Assembly: GCA_034530875.2 (NCBI GenBank) | Contig: JAVRCJ020000003.1 | Coordinates: forward strand, 288,001-352,000 | Origin: Nostoc sp. DedSLP01 | GTDB lineage: Bacteria; Cyanobacteriota; Cyanobacteriia; Cyanobacteriales; Nostocaceae | DNA length: 64,000 nt | Direction of reading: 5' to 3' | In this document: piece by piece, positions 1 to 9,898 of the stretch | How the letters are laid out: each line of letters begins with the position of its first letter | Position numbering within the stretch: the stretch's first letter is position 1 | Made by a program: the position numbers and the translations under genes | Notes under the pieces: model-generated | Seen by the model: the letters and a program-made list of their open reading frames with translations, nothing else | Databases searched by the model: none | What the model was told of the DNA's origin: nothing

Positions 1-504
1 GGCTCTTAAATTTGCAGTTAACTTAGCAAACTGAGCAATTTGAGCTTCTACTCCTAGACTGTCAAATTCTATCGGAGTCTGTGCTAAATCTTTTAAATCT
101 TCCCAACGACTTTTTAACCAGTCGAGTATAGGACGAGGACTAGCAATTTCTTTTAAATCTTTAAGCAAACGGCGGGTACAGGCGAGGAGAATATCTGTAT
201 ATTGGGCATCTTCAGAATCGATATCTTCTTCATCAGCCGCAAAATATACAACATAAAATTTGCGATTTTCTAAATATTTCTTTAACCTAAGTAATTCTGT
301 AGACTTACCTGCACCCCGATGACCAGAATACAATTGACAAGTATTTGTATTTGACAATTGCATCCGATTTCCCAACTCTTGCAAAATATCTGCATCTCCC
401 CGCACATCCTGACAATCTACATATTTTGGATCGCCTGCGGGTAAAGGTTCAAAGGGGTTAAAAGCGTTGTAGAGTTTTGCGAGTAAGTCATGATTATTAA
501 TCAT
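1..504 (-). CDS. P-loop (AAA-like) ATPase, N-terminal part; gene runs off the window's left edge
   Basis: Manual translation from ATG at 504: MINNHDLLAKLYNAFNPFEPLPAGDPKYVDC...QLYSGHRGAGKSTELLRL (Walker A GxxxxGKS); frame open to position 1; not in ORF track. Confidence 0.85.
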   Translation of the reverse strand, partial: MINNHDLLAKLYNAFNPFEPLPAGDPKYVDCQDVRGDADILQELGNRMQLSNTNTCQLYSGHRGAGKSTELLRLKKYLENRKFYVVYFAADEEDIDSEDAQYTDILLACTRRLLKDLKEIASPRPILDWLKSRWEDLKDLAQTPIEFDSLGVEAQIAQFAKLTANLRA

Positions 505-587
505 AGGTAAAAAATATTTCAACCTGGCTCATAATAATCGAGATTATATAGCAATCGTACTTAAGCTGTGAAAGAAAATACTTATTA

Positions 588-722
588 CAAATGATGCGTT
601 AGGCTTTTTCCAATTTACCGACACTTCTAACTAATTCTTGCGCTTTTACTTGTTCTGTTTGTGCCACAAAACTGTTGCGTTTCTTGTTGGCAGTGGCGAT
701 CGCGACATCTTCTTGAGCTAGC
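588..722 (-). pseudogene. Degenerate fragment of flotillin-family gene (copy A)
   Basis: Aligns by eye to ~2950-3085, e.g. cttgttctgtttgtgccacaaaactgttgcgtttcttgttggcagtggcgatcgcgacatcttcttgagctag vs cttgttctgcttgtgcgacaaagctttcgcgttttttattggcaatggcgatcgctacatcttcttgagctag. Confidence 0.8.
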
Positions 723-747
723 CCGCGGAAAAATACTTTCATAAAAC

Positions 748-780
748 CAAAGCGAAGGATTGTGGAAATCCTTCGCTTTG
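748..780 (-). terminator. Stem-loop downstream of PEP-CTERM gene
   Basis: caaagcgaaggatt-N5-aatccttcgctttg, 14-bp perfect stem. Confidence 0.65.
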
Positions 781-832
781 TAGGGAATACTTTTACAGAA
801 AATTTGATTAACTTACCAAAGCAAACTTTCGT

Positions 833-1585
833 TTAAGCAGATTGCTTTGCAGTTTGCAATTTTTGGTTTTTACGTTTGCGTAGGAAGAATCCACCTACAG
901 CTAGCATACCTAAAGTAACACTGGGTTCAGGCACAGTTTCAACACGAAATGTATGGTTGTCACTTTCAAAACCGCCACCTTCTGTCTGAGAAATTACAAT
1001 TTTATTAAAGGTATCATTTCCACCTTCTGAGAAAAACTCAAAGAAGCCATTCTTTTGACCGCCATGTTGCGAGGCTCCAACAGTAGCTGTATTATTTAAT
1101 ATGTCATAAGTTAATTCTTTGATTAAAGTAGTTCCGTTGAAGAACTTCAAAGTGTTACCTACACTCAGAGCACCTGCATCAAAACCGAAATAACTAAAAG
1201 TATTATTACCTTGAGCTTCAATGATGGTATCGCTATCAGAGAAAACTGCTAAATAATTGGTTTGATTGACTTCTGCATGAGCGCCAGAAGGTGCCCAAAC
1301 ATCCGAGTAAATACCAGTTTGACCAGAATAAGCTGTTGTTGAATAACTACCTTTAGAAAAAGAATATTTCACTAAGTCATTGCCTGGTACTTTATTATCA
1401 TTAAAATCAAAAGTTGTATAACCTGGGCTATTAACATTCGCAGAAAAAACACCTTCATTTACTTTTGTAGCATCTCGGTAAGATCCAGATTGATATGTAA
1501 ATCCTAAAGCATGTGCTGAACCCGCATAACTAATAGAAGCAATTATAGAGAGAACAGCAATGCTAGCAATTTTCTTAAAAGACAT
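833..1585 (-). CDS. PEP-CTERM (exosortase-dependent) surface protein, Npun_F0296-like
   Basis: Signal peptide from MSFKKIASIA (ATG 1585); C-terminal FESDNH then VPEPS, TM segment and RKRK tail. Confidence 0.9.
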   Translation of the reverse strand: MSFKKIASIAVLSIIASISYAGSAHALGFTYQSGSYRDATKVNEGVFSANVNSPGYTTFDFNDNKVPGNDLVKYSFSKGSYSTTAYSGQTGIYSDVWAPSGAHAEVNQTNYLAVFSDSDTIIEAQGNNTFSYFGFDAGALSVGNTLKFFNGTTLIKELTYDILNNTATVGASQHGGQKNGFFEFFSEGGNDTFNKIVISQTEGGGFESDNHTFRVETVPEPSVTLGMLAVGGFFLRKRKNQKLQTAKQSA

Positions 1586-1920
1586 GATTTTTTCCTGTTT
1601 TTCCTTTGTTCTAAATGAATTATGTAATTTGGTAACTACGAAATAACAGGGCAAAATCACTAGATTTATTTTTTCTACTTCAGTTAATATCTGAGTAGCA
1701 TTTTCAGGAATTTCAAACTTGAAAATGTTATTTATACTGGCAAAAAAATGAAGTTAGTATATTTATTTCAAAAGGATTATCAAATATCCGTAAGAGAACA
1801 TCTAATATATAAAGAAACTGTATTTTTTTATTTGCTATTTTGAAGATAAGATGAAGACTAGAGATAAATCGTATCTGTAGCAAAATGCAAATATGAATCG
1901 TTCACAACAGTAATATCTTC

Positions 1921-2118
1921 AGCTTGTGCGTTCTAATTTTGCAGCTTCTTAAGCAATTTCTCGTTAGTGACGGCGTTAGAAAGCATCAATTTGTATACCT
2001 TGCGATCGCTAAGACTCTCTTTTTAGGTTTGTAGTTCCCCAGCAATCATCGTTTGGCGTTTGTTGCATTCACTTTTCCAACTTCATCGGCTGTTTTAACA
2101 GATTCTTCAGGTTTCGCG
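1921..2118 (-). pseudogene. Degenerate fragment of flotillin-family gene (copy B)
   Basis: Aligns by eye to ~2815-3012 (gcagcttcttaagcaatttct...gaaagcatcaattt...ggcgtttgttgc...gattcttcag) with stops and indels. Confidence 0.8.
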
Positions 2119-2196
2119 TTTTTGATGCGAATTATATTTCACCAGGCTTGGGTTAAAGATTATTTCTGGAGATACACAAGATTGCAACTGGGTGAG

Positions 2197-2222
2197 GGTG
2201 GGTACAGCTAGCTGTACCCACC
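2197..2222. repeat. Perfect 26-bp palindrome (REP-like small dispersed repeat or terminator)
   Basis: ggtgggtacagctagctgtacccacc. Confidence 0.7.
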
Positions 2223-2367
2223 TACCGTATAATTCATTTACTTTAGAAATGCAATTTGATTTATCGCCTCTCTACATGAGGAATTAGGTTTATCTGAACT
2301 GTATTGAATTCTATTCATTGCTTACTCTTTGTAAATCACCCTTATAAAACTGAGTGACAAATTATTT

Positions 2368-4311
2368 TCATTCAATTTCTGTCTTGTTTTCGATGACCGT
2401 TGGTGTTGGAAGTGTTTCTAAAACCTGGCTTGGTGTACTAGTTATTACGGGATTATTCCCACGCACTAGCTGATTGATTTGAGCGATTAATTCTCCTAGT
2501 TTACCTTCATCAAGTAAGGTGTTTATTAGGGAAAGTCCACTAGTAGATAGTAGTAATTTGTTAATATCTTGGCTGCCGCTACTGCCATTTGCACCAGGGA
2601 ATGAGTAAATGCGAGTATCTCCTAGAACTCCCGGTTGCGGTGCTAAAGCAGTAACAATTTCTGGTAGCTTGTCGGCTAATTCTGGCCAAATAGTTGTAAT
2701 AATTTTGGCGGTGAGATTGGCATTACTAATGGAATTTTCAGCGGCGATTTTAGCGCGAATCCCTTCGGCTTCTGCTAAAATTTGGTCGCGGTTAGCTGCT
2801 GCTAAGGTGCGAATTGCTTCTGCTTCTAACTCTGCTGCTTCTTGGGCAATTTCTGCTTGACGGCGGCGGCGGAAAGCATCAATTTCTACAACGTTACGAT
2901 CGCCAATACTCTTTTCTTGCGCTTCTCGTTCCGCAGCAATAGTTGACAGGCGTTTGTTGCGTTCGGCTTTTTCCACTTCACTAGCTGTCTTCACTGATTC
3001 CTCGGCTTTGGCTTGTTCTGCTTGTGCGACAAAGCTTTCGCGTTTTTTATTGGCAATGGCGATCGCTACATCTTCTTGAGCTAGTTTTGCTAGTCGTTCT
3101 GACTCAACTATCTGGACTTGTGCTTGTAGTTTTCCTGATTCTACAGTTTGTTGGCGTGTAATCTCTGCTAGTTCTGATTCTTGTTTTTGCAGTGCTTGTA
3201 CTACCTTTAGCTGTTTATTGCGTTCTTCAAGTGCGATATCAGCTTCAATTTGACTTTGTTGCACCGATAAATTTTTGCGGATTTCTTCTTCTTCAACTGA
3301 TTTTTCCTGCAAGATTTTAGTTCGGCGGACTGCTGCTGCTTCCCTATCTTTGGATTCTTGGATTTCCCGTTCTCGCTGTGCTTTTAGGGCTTCTACTTGT
3401 AATTTTTGCTCTAGTTTCGCACTTTCTTGTTCTTGGGCAATTTGTAGCGATCGCTTTTGAGCATCCAGTTCTTTTTGCTCAATTGTCACCTGTGCTGCTA
3501 ACTCAACTTCTCGTTTTTGTTGAATCGAACGCTGAATAATTTCGGTTCGCAAGCGCACGCCTTGGGCATCAAAAAAGTTATCTGGATCGTAGGTAACACT
3601 TTCTAATATTTCGGAAATGGCAATATTATTTAAAGTTAAGCCGACTTTTTTCAAATCTGTCCCAACTAAGTTTAGTACTTCTTGAGCAAACCCCAATTTA
3701 TCAGAATCAATTTCTGCTAAATCCTTAGTTTTAGCTGCCGCCCTAATCGCGTCATCTGCTCTTTTCTCTAAAGCATTTTTGATATCTTCCGGAGTAATTT
3801 TAGTACCATTTTGGGATAATCTAGCCGCTGCTGTCAAAACATCTTCTTCCGAGGCATTAATACAAACATAAAAAGTCACGCGAATATCTGCTCGTAAGTA
3901 ATCTTTAGTCCGGACTGCAAGTTTACCAGTTCGTTCCACATCAATAGAAATTTCTCGCAGAGGTACGCGTGTCAGCTGATGGAATCCAGGTAAAACAATA
4001 CAACCACCATAAAGAATTACTGCTTTCTTTTTAATAAAAAGACCCCCAGTTCTCACGAAAGCTTCGTTGTTAGGTGTCACTACATAAACCCGTGTATAAG
4101 CAAACAAGCTGAGTAATAGTAATAAAACTAACCCAGCAATGATTGCTGGAAATACTAATCCACCATTGAGTTGAGCAAAATTAGGCATAATTTTTACTGG
4201 AAGTGTTTGGTCAATTAATGTTATTTGTTTTTGTTGTTGTAACTTAATCTGTGGAACTTCAGCTATTTTGACACTCGGTAAAGACTGGATAAAAGTCAAC
4301 CAAAAAAGCAT
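2368..4311 (-). CDS. Flotillin/SPFH-domain membrane protein (YqiK/FloT-like)
   Basis: N-terminal TM, SPFH-like region (NEAFVRTGG...VRTKDYLRADIRVTFYV), long A/E/Q-rich coiled coil. Confidence 0.9.
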   Translation of the reverse strand: MLFWLTFIQSLPSVKIAEVPQIKLQQQKQITLIDQTLPVKIMPNFAQLNGGLVFPAIIAGLVLLLLLSLFAYTRVYVVTPNNEAFVRTGGLFIKKKAVILYGGCIVLPGFHQLTRVPLREISIDVERTGKLAVRTKDYLRADIRVTFYVCINASEEDVLTAAARLSQNGTKITPEDIKNALEKRADDAIRAAAKTKDLAEIDSDKLGFAQEVLNLVGTDLKKVGLTLNNIAISEILESVTYDPDNFFDAQGVRLRTEIIQRSIQQKREVELAAQVTIEQKELDAQKRSLQIAQEQESAKLEQKLQVEALKAQREREIQESKDREAAAVRRTKILQEKSVEEEEIRKNLSVQQSQIEADIALEERNKQLKVVQALQKQESELAEITRQQTVESGKLQAQVQIVESERLAKLAQEDVAIAIANKKRESFVAQAEQAKAEESVKTASEVEKAERNKRLSTIAAEREAQEKSIGDRNVVEIDAFRRRRQAEIAQEAAELEAEAIRTLAAANRDQILAEAEGIRAKIAAENSISNANLTAKIITTIWPELADKLPEIVTALAPQPGVLGDTRIYSFPGANGSSGSQDINKLLLSTSGLSLINTLLDEGKLGELIAQINQLVRGNNPVITSTPSQVLETLPTPTVIENKTEIE

Positions 4312-4323
4312 GTTATTTTCCTC

Positions 4324-5019
4324 TTAAGAATTTGAATCTCTTCGAGATGAATTATTTAACCAGCGTTCTTCGTCAGGGCTGTCTTTAGCAATAACTACAT
4401 AAATTTGTGCTTTGTGTTCGATAATTAAAACTCTTTCTGTGCGCTGCGGTGCAATAGTTGCCCAGTCTGCTAAAACAGCACTAACTGTCAAAAGATTCCG
4501 TTTTCCATCCAGCACATCTACTTGTCCAATCTTGCTTTGGTTTTCGATGGGAATATAAGCAGATGTCACAATTCCAACGCAACCGATTAAGCGATCGCTA
4601 CTTACATCCTCGCCAAACTCGGCAAATATTTTGCCAATTGGTCGCGCTATCAATCCTCCTAATATTAAGCTAATAATTAGCGAACCAAATAATATAATGC
4701 TTGCAATCAAACCATCAATATTATTATTGCCACCACCAAACCAAACATTTAACATCCAGCCGATAATGCCCCACAAACTCAAATCTGTAGCGAGTAACAA
4801 TATCAATGGAGCTTTGCCAATCCCAGCCCATCCCAGGAATTGCCCAAAACTCAATTCGTGATTGCTATCTGCGTCTACATCTGCATCTACGTCCACATCC
4901 ACGTCTGCATCAATATCGACATCTTCCCCTCCTCCACCAGAAACGATCGTAAAAAAGAACAGCAAGACTCCCATCCCTAGAAAAATCCAATAGGGCAAGT
5001 TGTTGAAGCTAAACAGCAT
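4324..5019 (-). CDS. NfeD/YqiJ-like membrane protein, flotillin partner
   Basis: TM helices, D-x-D repeat loop, GIGKAP motif, C-terminal OB-fold-like region; 12 bp upstream of flotillin gene. Confidence 0.8.
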   Translation of the reverse strand: MLFSFNNLPYWIFLGMGVLLFFFTIVSGGGGEDVDIDADVDVDVDADVDADSNHELSFGQFLGWAGIGKAPLILLLATDLSLWGIIGWMLNVWFGGGNNNIDGLIASIILFGSLIISLILGGLIARPIGKIFAEFGEDVSSDRLIGCVGIVTSAYIPIENQSKIGQVDVLDGKRNLLTVSAVLADWATIAPQRTERVLIIEHKAQIYVVIAKDSPDEERWLNNSSRRDSNS

Positions 5020-5446
5020 AATATTTCGTAAAAGATATGTGCTGGTAGTTTGGAAAATTTAATACTCTTAAAACTCGCTAGTAAAAGTCTCTACGTGAGA
5101 GCAAAACTGATAAAAGCCTATGAATAGGTGGCTTTAATACCCCTACTTTATAAATTGCTGAATTCTAGATTTTGGCTCACGATTTCATTATACTACATAA
5201 ATAATACATAACAATCTATATCCATTTTGTGAGTAGTTACTTATAAATAAAGAAATAGAATTATTTATCTGATAAAATAATCAAAAACTTAAATTAATTC
5301 AAGAATTAGCAACTTAAATTTAGTAAATATAAAGATACTTTACATCAGATTCTAAAGCTAGCCCGAGAGCCTATGCTAATTCAGAATTCTGACTAATGAA
5401 TTCTGCTATAATCCGCCAAAAACATCTATTTCGCAATAGATCTGCT

Positions 5447-6298
5447 ATGTCTGCTCAAGTTAAATATTCTAAATACCACGCTCTCGGAAACGATTATCTA
5501 GTTATTTCTCCTCAAGAATTAGCATTTGAATTAACCCCAGAAAAAATTGAGCGAATTTGTCATCGCAACTTTGGAATTGGCTCAGACGGCATTTTGTTTG
5601 GGCCGTTACCATCCAACGATGCCAAATTTGGATTGCGGATTTTTAACCCAGATGGCAGCGAGGCAGAAAAGAGTGGCAACGGGTTGAGAATCTTTTCTCG
5701 CTATTTGTGGGATAACCAGCTTGTTGGAGAAGAAGAGTTTGATATTAAGACCCTTGGCGGACGAGTCAAAGCGCGGGTTACTCAGTCGGGTAAAAGTGTT
5801 CGAGTAGACATGGGTCGTGTCAGTTTCCAAAGTGAAAAGATTCCGGTTACAGGACACTCCAGAGAAGTTCTCGCAGAAAGTATTACGATTGCCGACCGAA
5901 CCTTTAGCTTTTGTGCAGCCACAATTGGCAATCCACACTGCGTTATTCAGTTACCGGAAGTTACGCCCGAAATCGCCAAGCAGTATGGTTCTTTGTTAGA
6001 AGTTCATCCTTACTTTCCCAACCGTACCAACGTTCAGTTTATGAAAGTTCTCGATCGCCAAAATATTCAAATTGAGATTTGGGAAAGAGGAGCAGGTTAC
6101 ACTTTAGCATCTGGCAGTAGCAGCAGTGCAGCCGCAGCTGTTGCCCACAAATTGAACCTGTGCGATTCAGAGATTGCAGTTCATGCACCAGGAGGACAAA
6201 TTGCGATCGCCATTAGTGACGATTTTATGGTTGCCATGACAGGTACCGTCACCAAAGTAGCTGACGGCTTAATGTCAATGGAAGTATTTGAGTATTGA
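5447..6298 (+). CDS. dapF: Diaminopimelate epimerase family protein, Ser/Ser active-site variant
   Basis: KYHALGNDY, GIGSDG, NPDGS, GNPH, NVQF and WERG motifs; the two catalytic positions read EKSGNG and LASGSS. Confidence 0.85.
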   Translation: MSAQVKYSKYHALGNDYLVISPQELAFELTPEKIERICHRNFGIGSDGILFGPLPSNDAKFGLRIFNPDGSEAEKSGNGLRIFSRYLWDNQLVGEEEFDIKTLGGRVKARVTQSGKSVRVDMGRVSFQSEKIPVTGHSREVLAESITIADRTFSFCAATIGNPHCVIQLPEVTPEIAKQYGSLLEVHPYFPNRTNVQFMKVLDRQNIQIEIWERGAGYTLASGSSSSAAAAVAHKLNLCDSEIAVHAPGGQIAIAISDDFMVAMTGTVTKVADGLMSMEVFEY

Positions 6299-6299
6299 A

Positions 6300-6455
6300 T
6301 ATTGGGCATGGGGCATTGGAAAGCAGGAGGTGTGGGAGGAGAGAGAGGTGTGGGAGGTGTGGGAGGATGGGGAAGAAATCTTTCCCCCCACACTCCCCAC
6401 ACTCCCCACACTCCCCAGACTCCCCACACTCCCCACACTCCCCTGCTCCCTGCCC
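6300..6455. repeat. STRR block between convergent genes (G-rich ggaggtgtg units then C-rich ccccacact units)
   Basis: Tandem 7-9 nt units in mutually complementary orientation. Confidence 0.9.
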
Positions 6456-6458
6456 ATC

Positions 6459-8651
6459 TCACTGCGTCGGCAGTTTTGGATGTGCGGTCGAGTACTTGCC
6501 CACGATGCTAGAAATCTCAGGGTTATAAAGTCTGAGATAATTCCAGTAATTGCCAAATACTTGACGCACATAATTTTTGGTTTCGTCAAAGGGGATGTCT
6601 TCGACAAACTCATCTGGATCTTGTGTAGTCAGAGTTTGCAGCCATTTGGAGACATTGCCAGGCCCAGCATTGTAACTAGCGATCGCCAGTAAGGAATTAT
6701 TGTTATATTGCTGATGCGTATGATCCAGGTACCATGTACCCAGCATGATGTTGTCATTGGGATTTTCTAGATTTATTGTTTTGCTATCCACCTTGATTTG
6801 TGGGGCAATCCATTGAGCCGTACTCGGCAATAATTGCATTAAGCCAGTAGCATTGGCCACAGATTTAATTTTTGGTTGAAATCTGGATTCTTGACGAATT
6901 AAAGCAGTGACTAACAGAGGATTTAGCTGACGTTCGGCAGACCATTTTTCAATTTCTCGCAGATAAGGAAATGGATAACGAGCTTGCCAATAAGTGATTT
7001 GTTTGCTTAGAGTTTGATATTCCGCTTGTTCTGCTGGTATTTCCCGGTCTTCCAATTTAGAAATTTTGTCAATGCCGATGAGATTTTCTCCCCTTGCCAG
7101 TTGCATCAATCCTTCAGTAAATTGTTCTGCTACCGTTGGCTGAAGTTTGTTCTGAAATTCTGTTTGCCACTGTAACCAAGCATCGCGGTCTTGACCCAAC
7201 AGATACAATTCTTTGAAAGTCTCAGAACCCGCAGGAGGTAACGAACGCTGGGATGCGACTACTTCGGGTTTCATCGAACGCACGGTGTCAAAGTTGCCGA
7301 CATTCAACCCTAACATCGTAGCCGATCGCCATGCATAGTAAGAGTAGGGAAACTGGCTGACTACATATTCATAAGCAGTTTGAGATTCCTGCTGTTTTCC
7401 TAGTAAACCTGCCCATTTACCTACCCAAAAACCTGCTCTCGGAGCCAAAATACTGTTGGGGTTGTTGGTAACAATTGGTTCTGCCCATTGCCACGCATCG
7501 AGGTAATCTTTGGCGTTAGCTTTATCTTGGGCAATTTTCCAGCGATATTCTGCCGCTTCGTCAGAATTCCCGTACTTGCCTAAAAGTAACTGCCACGCCG
7601 AACTCGCTGACTTTTGATCCTTGAGTGCTTGCAGAGTTTTGGCTTTTTGTACCAGTGCAGTACTAGCCCGGTCGGGAAACTTACTAATTACCTGGTCAAG
7701 ATAAGGTAAGCCTTCTTTGGGAGTTTTTGCCATTTCTGCCAATCGCAGCAGTGCAGTTCCAGTTTCTTTGGCATTTGGAAATTGTTGCACCAATTGTTTA
7801 TAGGTGGCGATGGCTTTTTCTTTATCTTTACCTCCTACCTGTAACCCCCGTGCAGTGCGGTAAAGGTTCTGGGCTGTTTTCGGTGCTTTGGCATAAGCAT
7901 TGCCGGCTTTGAGAAATTGACTATTTTCCCAATAGGCTGTACCTATGAGTTCCCAGTCTTCAAGTTTGAGAGTAGTCTGTTTGACTAACGCATCCAAAAC
8001 GCCTACTATACCTGGTTGGTCGTAAGCGTATTTCGCCAAAATCAACTGTAATTTTGGCTGATTGGGATTCTGTTGCAAACGTTGGCGGATAATTTCCCAA
8101 GTCAAAGGATTAGAAGGAAATTCAGCGATCGCGATTTCCTGTTGCTTTGGTTGGGCAATTAGATATAAGGCTTTGGCTGCGGCTGCTTCTTTGGGATAGA
8201 CTTTTAGGACTTTCTGCCTGAGATCCGAGGCTTTGCCATCCTCGCCCAACATATCCTGTGCTTGGGCTTGTTTTAGCAAAATGTAAGGCGCGAGAATGGG
8301 ATAGTCATTCTCTAGTCCTTCCAATAAAGCTAGGGCTTTTTTCCCTTGGGTTCTTTCAATATAATCGCTAGCCAAAAGATAACGAGCGCGATTTCTATCT
8401 GGCGATCGCGACCCTTGAGCAATGGCTGCTAGTTTTGCCGCCCGTTCTGGCAGAGATTGTGATATCAGTGGAAATACAGCTGATTGGCCAACGCGATCCG
8501 ATGTTTGTTCTACACGAGCGTTACCCAATTTCAGCCATTGTCCCAAAGATTTGCCAATTTCAGGCGCTGATACCATTGCCCCAGCCGAAAAGGCAAACAG
8601 TGCCGCAGCCGCGATGATTGAAATTTGCTTTTTCTGTAGTTTCTTCAGCAT
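6459..8651 (-). CDS. slt: Soluble lytic murein transglycosylase with TPR-like N-terminus
   Basis: IRQESRF, ATGLMQL, ASYNAGPG and ETKNYV SLT motifs. Confidence 0.93.
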   Translation of the reverse strand: MLKKLQKKQISIIAAAALFAFSAGAMVSAPEIGKSLGQWLKLGNARVEQTSDRVGQSAVFPLISQSLPERAAKLAAIAQGSRSPDRNRARYLLASDYIERTQGKKALALLEGLENDYPILAPYILLKQAQAQDMLGEDGKASDLRQKVLKVYPKEAAAAKALYLIAQPKQQEIAIAEFPSNPLTWEIIRQRLQQNPNQPKLQLILAKYAYDQPGIVGVLDALVKQTTLKLEDWELIGTAYWENSQFLKAGNAYAKAPKTAQNLYRTARGLQVGGKDKEKAIATYKQLVQQFPNAKETGTALLRLAEMAKTPKEGLPYLDQVISKFPDRASTALVQKAKTLQALKDQKSASSAWQLLLGKYGNSDEAAEYRWKIAQDKANAKDYLDAWQWAEPIVTNNPNSILAPRAGFWVGKWAGLLGKQQESQTAYEYVVSQFPYSYYAWRSATMLGLNVGNFDTVRSMKPEVVASQRSLPPAGSETFKELYLLGQDRDAWLQWQTEFQNKLQPTVAEQFTEGLMQLARGENLIGIDKISKLEDREIPAEQAEYQTLSKQITYWQARYPFPYLREIEKWSAERQLNPLLVTALIRQESRFQPKIKSVANATGLMQLLPSTAQWIAPQIKVDSKTINLENPNDNIMLGTWYLDHTHQQYNNNSLLAIASYNAGPGNVSKWLQTLTTQDPDEFVEDIPFDETKNYVRQVFGNYWNYLRLYNPEISSIVGKYSTAHPKLPTQ

Positions 8652-9274
8652 GAATACTCGCTGAAAATTTCCGATGAATTTCTTGAAACTTTAACACTCT
8701 TAACCATCAGTGTTACCAAATTTTTAATTTTCGATTTTTAATTTTATGTACAAAAATAGTAATTTTCAATCTTACGGTTGACAGTATCGATTACTTAGCA
8801 TAACATTAAACACTATTACATCTGTCCCTGAGTTCAAAGTAACATTTTTTACATAATTAAATATTAATTGAATAAAGTTGATGAAATAGATTGCGTATTT
8901 GCTGCTTGGACAACTAATTTCATCTTATTTGCTGAATAAGGGGACTTGATAAGGGTTTTATTAGGGTTTGATTGCGAATCTTTTTAATAGTTTTCTTCAT
9001 GTCGCCTATTAGAATTTGTTGATAAATAACTCAATTTTTACTTTATAAATAGCATTTAAAGATGGCTATAAAGTAATAAAAAGGCTCAATTAGAAATTTA
9101 AAAAAAGTAATAGCATTTTTGATTTGAGATTTAGAGCGGTCGCAATTCACGAGAGACGTAATAAGTGCGATCGCCTTTTGATTAAAAGTAGTGAGTTGTT
9201 CTGAGACTAAAAAAGCTGTCGGCATTCCTTTACATTAGAGATAATATTTCTATTATCAGTAATTCTGCACATCT

Positions 9275-9895
9275 ATGACTCAAGCCATACCCAAGCAAGT
9301 AACCTTTGAGGAATTTGTCGATTGGCTGCCCGAAAATTCAGGGGTACGCTACGAACTACATAATGGAGACATTGTTGAGATGGCGCAACCAGTAGGGGAA
9401 CACGAAGGAGTAAAGGGTTTTTTAGCAAGAAAAGTAACAGTTGAATTTGACCGATTAGACCTCCCCTATTTCATGCCCAACCAAGTTATCGTTAGACCGC
9501 CTGAAAAAGATTCTGGTTACTTACCAGATGTATTGGTCTTAAACCGTGCAAATCTGGCAAACGAAAAATTATGGGAAAAACAATCTATCGTTAGCCTTGG
9601 TGCATCGATACCTTTGGTAATTGAGATTGTATCAACCAACTGGCGGGACGATTACTATTTAAAATATGCCGATTATGAAGAGATGGGTATCCCCGAATAC
9701 TGGATTGTTGATTATGCTGCCTTGGGTGGACGTAATTTTATCGGTAATCCCAAGCAACCAACAATCTCCATCTGTAACTTAGTTGATGGAGAATATCAAA
9801 TAAGTAAGTTTCGAGAAAGCGATCGCATTGTTTCCCAAACTTTCCCCGAATTGAACCTTACCCCAAACCAGATTTTTCAAGCTGGTCTGGTTTAG
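9275..9895 (+). CDS. Uma2 family (DUF820) endonuclease-like protein
   Basis: YELHNG, PDV, LVIEIVS, K..Y...GIPEYWIVD. Confidence 0.93.
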   Translation: MTQAIPKQVTFEEFVDWLPENSGVRYELHNGDIVEMAQPVGEHEGVKGFLARKVTVEFDRLDLPYFMPNQVIVRPPEKDSGYLPDVLVLNRANLANEKLWEKQSIVSLGASIPLVIEIVSTNWRDDYYLKYADYEEMGIPEYWIVDYAALGGRNFIGNPKQPTISICNLVDGEYQISKFRESDRIVSQTFPELNLTPNQIFQAGLV

Positions 9896-9898
9896 GGT

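Noticed and set aside
783..791. GGGAATACT, resembling a SigJ/SigF-type promoter element
   Set aside because: Points antisense into the 3' end of the PEP-CTERM gene with no sense gene downstream; may be chance
6181..6692. Several overlapping ORFs with repetitive translations (GVWGVW, PTLPTL)
   Set aside because: Artefacts of the STRR array and of antisense overlap with slt and dapF
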